Positions 54,286 through 64,000 of a stretch of DNA of 64,000 nucleotides are shown one piece after another (within the stretch, counting starts at the first letter, position 1; each line of letters opens with the position of its first letter). Source of the DNA: Yuukianura sp. NJ FZ-2021 (lineage: Eukaryota); assembly GCA_046563655.1 (NCBI GenBank), contig CM102284.1:7502001-7566000 (forward strand), read 5' to 3'. Below the pieces are notes generated by a model. It did not search any database. It had not been told where the DNA came from and worked only from the letters and a program-made list of their open reading frames with translations. The position numbers were made by a program, and so were the translations under genes.

Positions 54286-57200
54286 CTGCAAAACCGAAAA
54301 AAACCGAAAAAATATAACACAAAATTCTCAAATTCGTAACATACATGACTTCAAAATTTACATTTCTAGAAAAATCTAGTTTTTTCCGTGACAAAAATTC
54401 AGAACGTAGAATGGAATCACACGTCACACTTTTAGAGGAAGTAAACTAATTTGTTAAGATCCCACACCTAGATTACAAAAGTCCTTAATTACGCAATGAA
54501 CACACGAAAAAACCGGGAAAACCCACAACTTTTAATTGTGGTCCGAAAATTGCACGCAACCCGGGTAACTCCTCAGCTCTGTTCTACTTCTCCCGAATTC
54601 CACGTGCTGGACACTTCCAGAACTCACCATGACAAGGTCAAACCACAGCCCAAATGTCTTAAGCTTTTACTAATTAATTAATTCCTGCCACTTTTACCAT
54701 TTTGGATCTTGACCTCGTTTCCTGTGGGTCACTCCCAGCCACTTCTCGTCTGTCCAAGTCTTAACTCAGTTCCAAAGTGGCTCAATGCCAACAGAAAGAC
54801 AACAAACACTTCACAAATTCCACTTCAACATTTCTTCCTCCTAGCCCTAAAGTGCCTTCTCTACTAAATTGTCAATTCTTACTAGATCAAACCACACTTC
54901 ATCCAAAATATTGAAACCACTTGGTGCGAATTCGACTTTACACAACTCAAATTGCATTGTTATTACTTTCCCCTTCTTAGCCCATCAAAACAAATGATTC
55001 ATCTTCACTCTACTCCGAAAGTTGCTCAAAATCAACCCACTTTACAACAAAACCAAAATCAAAACAAAATTAAACTACTGTTTCCCAATCTTACCAACGA
55101 AATCATGAAAAAAAAACTAAAAATTCTACTAATATCCAATAACCTCTCACGTAAAAATTTGCAAATTTCAATTGAAACTGAAACTTGACCTCTGACCTCT
55201 ACGTTGAACTCCCATTTCAAATTGAACTCTATGCACTCCGTTCACTAAATCCTTCAAAATTGGTACTTGTAAAATCTACAAACTTTGCACAGATTCGAAT
55301 TTCGCTCGAATGGAATTAATTTTAGCTGAAATTCCAATTGAATTTGAAAACGATATTCTGAAAACTGAAAATGGATTCCGCTAAAGCACGTTTCAGTTAA
55401 GCACGTGGCAAAGGGCAAGTCTTAATTTCTTAATTGACCTTGTGACCCGCAGGGAATGTAGTCTCACTCTCATTGAATTTTTCATCAACCCCAAGACTTT
55501 CTCTTCCTTTCTCACTCAGTTACAGTCTCATGAATGTCGAGAATCCCTAGAGAAATGATATCCAAGAAAGCATCAGTAGCATCAGCATCAGCATCAGTAG
55601 CATATGGTATTACTACACCCTTAGCAAGAGCTCTTCACTGACACTCTCTCAATTTATAGACAAAGAAATGGAACCAGCTCCACCTACTCTTAACAATTTA
55701 AGTCAAACAGATACATCTTCCCAGGAGAGCCCTTCACAACCTGTCCACTCTCCAAAATCTTAATTCCTCTTAAAAGAATCTGAAACAGGAGAATCTGAAC
55801 TCGAAACTGGAGATTTTCCCAGGCGACTCAAAATGTCACCCTAAAAACACATTTTAGGAAACCCAGCTTAAAGAAATAGAACGATTCTAATAGATTGTTC
55901 CATCTTCTTTTAAGACGTTACTCAACAGTCGACCTACATTTGTGTCTGGACAAACAATTGCATAGATTCGCGTGTCCATGTCATGATAGGACTAGGACAA
56001 TCTTCTTTTGTCCAACCACGAAAATCTGAGAAAGAGGGACAATCGGAAAGAGGGTACCGTGGGACAAAGAGACAAAGAATATGACAAGTCTCACAAGAAT
56101 GATCACTCTATGCACCTTCAAGGCCCTCAACATTATTGATCATAACTTCACCGACCTACATTTTCTATAACCTAATCATAAAACTCTGAATAACCTAATC
56201 ATAACCTAGCCTAACTAGCTTTTAAAAAATTCACTTGAGCTTAGCCTAACAAAGTATAATCAACTTTCCCTCCGGTGTCTTCATCATTACTTTCTCTTCA
56301 TTCGTTTCCAGAAATAATTAATTTGGTTTTTCCTGACTAATGAAGTTGATTTCTCAAGTTTTTCAGAAAAACTTTTTCTGAAATGCATTTTCCAAAGTTT
56401 GTTTTCTCTTGTTATTTCGCACAAACGGAAGGAGAAAGTCATTGCGCTACAAAGAAAATTGTTCATGTCAAAATCAACATTTCTCAGACTTTTCCAAAAA
56501 AAAACATTTTTTTTTAGAAATAGTTTGTTGTTGTATTCACAAAAACAAACTTCCAATTTTCACACCTTTCAAATCATACCGCTTCATCATCACCATCTAC
56601 TTCTTCCATTTCACTTCCTCAAAAAATTCATACAATTTCGAAAATCCTACTTTCTCCAACCATTCATTTATTCTGTTTCCTTCTCAGAAATTCCATTTCC
56701 ATCCATAAATAAAATCCTCTCTTCCTTTCACTGCATTCATACTCATACCCAGAGAATCTGCTTTTTGTAAATTTCTTTTTTTCCTTCCTTTTCACTTTTT
56801 ACGGACTTTTTACGCCATTTCCAATCGTTTACCGCAAAAAAATATAAATCATATTTAATTATCATTATTTAATTTATTTCAATTTTCAGCTTTAGTTTCA
56901 CAAATAAAGTAAGTTAAAACAATTAAAAAAATTTTAGCTCCTACCCTAATCCATAAAAAAAATTCAACATCTTGCCGCTTCCTCGGAAAACAAGCGCTGT
57001 AAAAAACGCAGTGTTCTGGAAATCTATTGTTTCTTTCTCCATTTTGTTTTTGTTCTCATAATGAATTAAGGTCCAGTGCCCAAAATGGAAGCTAAATCTC
57101 CGCTTCAAGGCTACTGAAAATCTCAAATTTCCAGCCTTCCTTTCTCGTCTTACTTTCCACTTTCTCCTCTACAGGTCACACCAAAATCTTCGTCTCCTCA

Positions 57201-60200
57201 GATCTTCTGCTAAGATCAACTGAAAACTTTTTCTACGGTGTGAAGTTCCCCATTACTTTACTTTACAAAGATCCTTTTGACCTGGATTCTCCGCAACACG
57301 TAAAGTGCTTCAAGCTCCTTTCAACTTTCTCCTGTACAGGCGTGTCTTTCAGCCTAACATAACCTAACTCCAAAGTACACACAACCTAAATATGCAAAAA
57401 GTAAACCTTGAACCTTGAGTAGTCCATCACTACTACGCACCAGCCCTTAAGCCTAAGCCTTGACTTTCACCAGGGAGCGGCGAAACGAACAAAGATCAAA
57501 AGCCTAATTTAAAATTCCATTCCCGCGAGTTTAGTTTTCAGAAAAGCCTTTCGCTCCACCGCGTTTCACTAAACCTAACCACCGAAAAATCAAAAGAGAA
57601 CAAAAAAGAGCAACCACCATGAACGACTGAAGCTTTGTTCTTAAAAAACGTAGTGATGCGAAGTTAGTTTTAGTTGGCCTTCGTCACTTTCCTTTGAAAC
57701 CAGCCTTCGTCGTAATGAAAAAATGAATCTAATGGTCCATTCTACACTTATTTTCTCCTCCATTAACTTTAACAACCTCAAAAAACCTCGGAAATCTCTA
57801 CCAACCAAAAACTTTCTCCAATTTTGCGTTTCCCCAAACTTTAAACATTTTTTTTAATCCTAAAACAAAGCTTTATGCCACTCAACCAAAAATTTAATTT
57901 CAAAATCCGCCCGGCTGAACCGTCCAAGTTTGAAATTGTTGTTCATGGTATGACTTGAACAGTCATCTTTGAAAATTGTAACTCAAAATAAGTGACTACA
58001 TATTTAGATTAACTAGAATTCAAAAATTCAAAGAATTTTGAAAACGCACTTAATTTGCTTGTCTTTGTTACGAAAATGTAAGGATTAGGATTTTTTTAAT
58101 CTTGACGTTAAAAAATCCCAAACTTGACAAAACTTTTCGTTTTTAGTGACTCTGACCGTCTATCTTTTGTTTTATTTATATCTGACGTCATGCTTGTCGG
58201 TGAAAAGACTAAATGAAAAGCGAAAATGGTGAAAATTCCATCCTAAAAATAGCCTTCAAAGTAGTTCACAACTTACTTTCTTTTTTCGTTTACTGTCCCA
58301 AAGGAGAATCGCCCTAAAACTTTTACTTTCTGACAAGTTACACACTCTTAGTCATTTCTCCTGGAAATTTTCAACTTTCTCCTACGTTCTTATTCTAGGT
58401 ACGACGGTAACCTTACTCAAACCATGACTCAACTTTCACTCCTCGCACCTTTACCGTTTTGAAATTGCGTTTCTTCTTTTCATTTTTTCGCGAGTGGAGG
58501 CGTATTTACGGTTCTCATCTTTCTCTATTTCACAAATCGCATCGTACTCCTTCCCCCGCATTTTTTTTTGAATCGTACTTTTCACTTGCGGGCGACCGGG
58601 ATTATATTTTTCCCAGAATTCATACAATCCGAAAATCCTACTTCCCGCTTTTCCCAGAAAAAAAGCGAAAACATTGCATGACAAGGAGAAAACAGAGGTG
58701 GAAAACGTCATGTCACGAATTTGAAGCAAAAAACGTTTCAAAACACAAAAGCTCGTCCTTGAAACAGAAAACTTTAATACGAAACCTACACCTGGGAGAA
58801 AAATAAATCCTACAATTTTTTTCCTTTCTTTTTTTCTCCAAAAACGTTTTCGTTGGCCCAAATCTTCCGCTTTTGTCATAAAAAGCTTTAGTTCTAGAGC
58901 CTGCCATAAAGTTATTGGACAGCATAAACCTGTTTTTAGTGTATTCCAACAGCACATTTACAATTCTGTCGTACTTTTACTACTTAGAACTACTATGAGC
59001 CATCTCAGTTTTCCACGTGGCGTACTTTCTCTCTCAGGAAATGGCTTTTGAATTTTTTAGTAACGATGCTGATACGAATCTCTTTGTTCCTATCCTCGAC
59101 AACCTTAGTACTTTGTAACTCTCCTTCCACAATCCAATTTCCAGCGGAAATGAAAATATTTTAGTAGTTTCTAGATGTCCACCTCTACTAAAATTTCTTA
59201 TTTGAACAAAAGATAAGCGTGCCGTTCCAGAAACTACGAAAACTCTACCACACTGAACTAAATTTTCTCCAGTTAATTTCCTTGCCCAGGAGCCAAAACC
59301 AAAATATCATCATCATAACTAACATTTTGCACTGAAAGATCCCGATCTTATGGGGCTCTAAAACTAGACAACAAAATCCTATCATCATATCCTAAACTAC
59401 TGTCCCAAACTTTTATGTTTTCACTGTCCAATAGTCGTAAAAATGAAAATACATGGGCAAACTATCCTTACACTGCCATACTTACCTAAAAATCTCACCA
59501 AAAAAATACCTATTTTTTTCAATTCTTTTTCCAAAATGCCCAAACTAAACACCAAATCGAAAAAATATTATTCCTTTCTCCGCTTTTGTGATTTTGTTCC
59601 AAAGTTCCCCATCTGGAAGTCATTTTCTGCGCTTCGAAAAATGTGAAAGTTAAAAAATCCGGGGCGTTTTGCCCGGTCATGTTTAAATGTCATCTCATAG
59701 TCATAAACCCTTGTGCCAACTTTCGTTTTCTCTTGTGTTTCAGGTGAACCAAGTGAGAGACAGTTTATCAATAAACATAAAACATTAGAAGACCTTATCC
59801 ATTCAAGTCCACACGAAGGGCCGACAGTAACTAAAGCCAAAGCCTTTAGTCTTTCTCCATCAAGACACAAACAGGCTTTCTCCCTTTAACTCTGTCCCAT
59901 TCTCTATTATTTACGATTCCATCAATTCTGTACAACAATCATCAACGTCCCAATCTAACCAACATTCGGTTAAAACTTCATCATTTATTCACCACAATTG
60001 TCCTCAACCTAACCAAAAACAGCACGTTTTTCCAATCTACAAAACATTCCAAAACGACACTTTCTCCACGGATTCCAAAATTTCAAAATGTAAATTCTTA
60101 GATTGATAAGGCTGGATTAAACTTGTCCAAAACCTAACCTAGTCTAAAACCAAAAACTTTTTCAAACTTTTCCCTCGGTAGCATTTTAAACTCCCGAATT

Positions 60201-60528
60201 TTGTAAAACTCCCTCAGGTAGAATTTTGAAAAACTCGTAAAATTTTGGCAAACTCTCCTGAAGCCTGAATCCTCAATTTCCAAAATTACATTTTTACTTT
60301 GTGTTTCCACCCGAATTGTTTCTCTAAGAAAACTTTAAAATTTATTTATATCCAAAGCCATAAAGTTAATACTCCCGAGGGATTGTTTTGTCTAGAAACC
60401 CTCACTTTTTCAAAACTTCAAACAGAACAGACTCTACATCAACTTGCAAGTATTTCCAGTACTTGAAAAAACAAAGTACTTGGAATTTAAGTTCCCTTAA
60501 GAAAAGTCCTCCCGTTGTTATTCAATTA

Positions 60529-61595
60529 CCGTATTTTCCCAAATAGTACACCTGGTGTACTAATTTTGTTTTCGACTTCTGGGGGTGGTGTACTATTAGG
60601 GACCTGGTGTATTATTAGAGACGGTGTACTAATTAATTTTTTAAGAATGAGGATTTTATTCTTAACTAAAACGTTTAGGAATCAGGAGAAAATAATTTCT
60701 AAATTACTAAAAACTACTCCACTTCGTTTTCGGAAGCTTTCAGAGTTTTTGATTAGTTCAGTTGACAATGAATCCCAGACAATCTTCACCCATTTAGTCA
60801 TCAATTTCTTGGATGGAGCATTAAAAATTAAGAATTTATATAAATTATATTTAAAAGAAACCTACGACCGTACAAATTATTAGTTATGAAATACCTTCAA
60901 ATTCCCTCCTTTTGTATACTCCTTGTCGGAATCTCCTGCTAGCCAAGAATCGTAAAGTTCGGTAATACAAGCCTTGAAGGGTTTATTCCAGCACAAATCT
61001 GGAGCTTGAATATACTTTGTACATCCCCCGGGAATCACTGTCATTGTGGTGTTGTAGCCAATGAGTTCATTTTTAGTAGATTTACTGAAGTGACATTTGT
61101 AAGAATCCCAAGCTAACAAACGATGTTTGAAGGAAAATCGTGTGAACACAGTTTTCAACAAGTCACAGGTCAGATTATCGTTCATCCAACCATTTGAACT
61201 GCTACGAATTACGATCCCAGTTTCGGTTTGAAGCTTCGCTACCTCTCGAATTCCCTGTTTGAAAACGATGAATGGTTTCAGATTTGTTCCGTCACCTTTG
61301 GCCGCTAGAACAAGCGTAGCGTGTGCCTTGTCATTTCCAGTCGACTTTAGTTGAACAGTTTTAGAGAAGTAACGTGGAGATAAACACAACAAATGAAGAG
61401 CTATAATATTAGCTCAACTAACTTCTCCGGGTGTTATACTCCAAATGCTACATTACCAAAGACCTGGTGTACTATTAGAGACCTGGTGTACTATTTGGGA
61501 CGGTGTACTAATTAATTTTTCGACTTCTGGGGGTGGTGTACTATTAGGGACCTGGTGTACTATTTAGGTATGGTGTACTATTAGGGAAAATACGG
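60529..61595 (-). mobile_element. Internally deleted pogo/Tc2-like (DDE_1) DNA transposon
   Basis: TIRs CCGTATTTTCCC(A/T)AATAGTACACC at both ends; TA at 60527-60528 and 61596-61597; repeated subterminal GGTGTACTA. Transposase fragment 60880-61392 (STGNDK, LKPFIVFK, SSNGWMN, LLAWDSYKCH, IPGGCTKYIQAPDLCWNKPFK) lacks the N-terminal HTH region. Confidence 0.92.
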
Positions 61596-62649
61596 TATTC
61601 AAATCAGGTACTACTTGGTACATCCCCAGGAGAAAGTTAAACTTCCTTTCAAACTTCCCAGGCGACTTTCACTTCCCCAGAAACTAATTATTCAATTTCA
61701 TAATTTAATTCTCTCTTCCAAGAAACCTAATTTTTCAAGAAAAACGGAAAGAAAAGCTCATGAATTTCAAAAAACTTGTTTTCAAACTTTCAAACTTTTC
61801 CAAAAATCTGAAACTTTATAATTCCTAATCCTAATTTCCATTCCAACTTTGGAGAAGAAAGTCAAAGAACAAAACAAACTTCATAATCCTCAAACGGACG
61901 CTTCGGAGAAAGAAAAAACTAATTTTACAAATTGACCTAAAATTGTTATTTCAAGATCAAAACCAGGACATTATAATGTAATTTATGAGATCAAAACCTT
62001 TAAGCACACAAGAAAACAATCCACCCTCCACATGACGTCATTACTCGATTCTTTTACAAACAACTTTCACTCTTTGTCTTTCCCTACCGTAAACAAAGAA
62101 AATGATCTTGCATGCTCCACTTCTATCAGAATCAGCCACTTTGCGTGTCTCACTCCGTCACTTCCTGCGAAAAATATTCAATGATGTCACAGAATCACAC
62201 GTTTTCTTGTGTTTTTCTGTGGGCACGTGACCTTTACTCCCCCGATCTCACTTTGCTCACTACCACACGGAAATCCTACCTCATGACTTTCTCCATCTCA
62301 TTTCCCCAGTGACTCAAGAACAAACAAACAGCGTCACCCCATTACAATTTGAATGTGACGCAGAAAACAGAAAGTGTGCGACTCATCAATTTACTTTCAC
62401 AAGACTTTCTCCTTTTCCCCGAATTTCATAAGCCAAAAACAAGTTCCACTTTTGCTCGGGACGAAATTGGAGCAAATGGGCGTGGTTTGGCTGAAATTGA
62501 TGATTCTCCATAGTAAACGAAGGACACTCAAAACGTCGTCCTTGACCACTTACTTACTTTTACTTTGGCCCAAATAATAACAATGACTCAACTCAATTTT
62601 AGTAGTTCCAAAACAATCATTTATCAAAAACTCCACCCTTTCCGCTTCT

Positions 62650-63525
62650 AATAAACCGGTTGTAAACCGCGCATAACGAAATAGCTCAAGACAAAAGACA
62701 GTTTTCCCCCGTGTGGGGAATGTGGGGAGGGGGTGGGGTTGGTCACCCACGCTTTTCTCCGTATTCCTCAGCTTCTCCCCCCATGGGGGAGTTGGTGATG
62801 TGTGTTCCCTCCGCCTTTTTGCTCCGCACCCCAGGGAGCGTTGGGGTGGGTCCCCCTCTTTTCCGCCCCCCCCCCCGGAGGAGTGGGGGTGGGTTCCCCC
62901 CACTTTTCCGCCCCCCCCCCCGGGGGAGTGTGGGTGGGGTTCCCCCACTTTTCGGCCCCCCGGGGAGAGTGGGGGGGGGGCTCTCCCCACTTTTCCGCCC
63001 CCCCCCCAGGGGAGTGGGGGTGGGTTCCCCCCACTTTTCCGCCCCCCCCCCCAGGGGAGTGGGGGTGGGTTCCTCCCACTTTTCGGCCCTCCCGGGGAGA
63101 GTGGGGGGGCTCCCCCCACTTTTCCGCCCCCTCCCACCCGGGGGAGTAGAGTGGGTTCCCCCACTTCCCCACCTGGGATGCCTGCCTTATGAGAGAATGG
63201 GCAAGGTAGCAGGGTTGCCTTGCCCATCTATACTGTATGTTAATATGTTGACCTTTGATCCCGGTTTTGACCCCCTTGGAGGGGTCAGAGACCCATGGTT
63301 CATATACCAAAGTTGTTCCCCTCAATGAGAGGAACAACTTTTGTTAGGGTCATTTTCCCGGTTTTATATTCAAAAGGTCAATGACCTTGACCTTTGACCC
63401 GGTAAAAGGTCACCTATCCGGATGATATGATAAAATTGAACTGGTATACACCATGACATATCAATCGATGAAAACCCGGATGAAATTGGTCCAGTAGTTT
63501 CTGAGTTATTGAGGCTCATAGACAG

Positions 63526-63564
<39 letters not shown>

Positions 63565-63601
63565 TGAATCAGATTATTAAATAGCTTTCGCTATTTAATA
63601 A
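62650..63601 (-). mobile_element. Second Helentron/DINE-1-like element, reverse orientation, carrying a GC-rich minisatellite
   Basis: 12-bp perfect hairpin ttattaaatagc-tttc-gctatttaataa 63574-63601; (GACA)11 with one GACG unit at 63521-63564; aaatagc at 62679 inverts to gctattt; small stem-loop cggtt-gta-aaccg 62657-62669. Confidence 0.6.
62823..63172. repeat. GC-rich minisatellite, about 40-bp unit, about 8-9 copies
   Basis: Unit approximately ccccacttttc(c/g)gcccccccc..ggggagtgggggtgggtt with variable C and G run lengths. Confidence 0.9.
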
Positions 63602-64000
63602 ATTGGAAACACTCAAAAGACAAGAAAAAACTTTCTAAAAAAAAAACCCAAACTTGAAAGACGGCAAACAACCATTAGAAAATTACACAATTTTCGACAT
63701 CGCTATTGACAAATTTCGAAAACCCCGTTTCTCGATTTCTGCCTTCACCACATCATGCACAACTTTTGCAAATTATGCCACCCCAATTGCAAAAAAAAAA
63801 AGTAAAGTTTCTGCACAGCTCCAATTCGATTTTCAGCAAAAAGAACCAACTTTCCCCACATCTCCAAAAAAAATTGGTACTTTTCCAGAAAATACACTAA
63901 AAACAACAAAAGAAAATGTATTGTGCGTCCCAAGTTCACATTTTGGTTGACAAGGGCTGCTGTTCACATCAATAACATTACGTTGTAATGGAACCTTACT

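Noticed and set aside
55560-55850. Possible upstream DGK exon near the AGCATC repeat
   Set aside because: The frame following the candidate minus-strand acceptor stops within about 26 codons, and no phase-0 donor or recognisable protein was found.
56165-60145. Scattered AACCT/TTAGG motifs as interstitial telomeric repeats
   Set aside because: Only one or two consecutive units at a time, which is compatible with local composition.
60545-61582. Short GGTGTACTA repeats as a CRISPR-like array
   Set aside because: Irregular spacing, no unique spacers, eukaryotic context; they are transposon subterminal repeats.
43100-62500. Many 60-170 aa ORFs in the DGK introns
   Set aside because: K/F/N-rich translations of AT-rich DNA with no motifs. 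Only the PH exons and the transposase fragment are supported.
62550-63337. Gly/Pro-rich ORFs in five frames resembling collagen or formin
   Set aside because: They arise from a stop-free GC minisatellite open on both strands; no Gly-X-Y register or splice support.

Overview
Eukaryotic, AT-rich animal DNA, probably a compact-genome arthropod; the taxon cannot be fixed from sequence alone. The first 36 kb is gene-dense with mostly 60-90 nt GT-AG introns. The rest is one long minus-strand type II diacylglycerol kinase gene whose 5' end was not found. Conserved genes: WDR73, MIPEP, mitochondrial aconitase, an SLC19A transporter, COPS9, a divergent Bok-like Bcl-2 protein and DGK eta/delta. The first 14.5 kb holds lineage-specific genes visible only after manual splicing: (i) a type II membrane protein with coiled coil, acidic stalk and furin site (Eiger/TNF-like layout, 3' end off-window); (ii) an HP1-like protein (chromodomain, AT-hook, chromoshadow-like) carrying two recently duplicated Brinker/pogo-type HTH DNA-binding domains; (iii) a C2H2 protein with an eh1-like motif; (iv) two tandem membrane-anchored RING ligases; (v) a convergent CARD plus tail-anchor gene with a MAVS/CARD19-like layout. 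Mobile DNA: a Mutator-like MITE with a 9-bp TSD whose empty site is also in the window, two Helentron/DINE-1-like elements, a deleted pogo/Tc2-like transposon, a foldback element and a dispersed host repeat. All gene models were spliced by eye and domain calls made from remembered family motifs; no searches were run.
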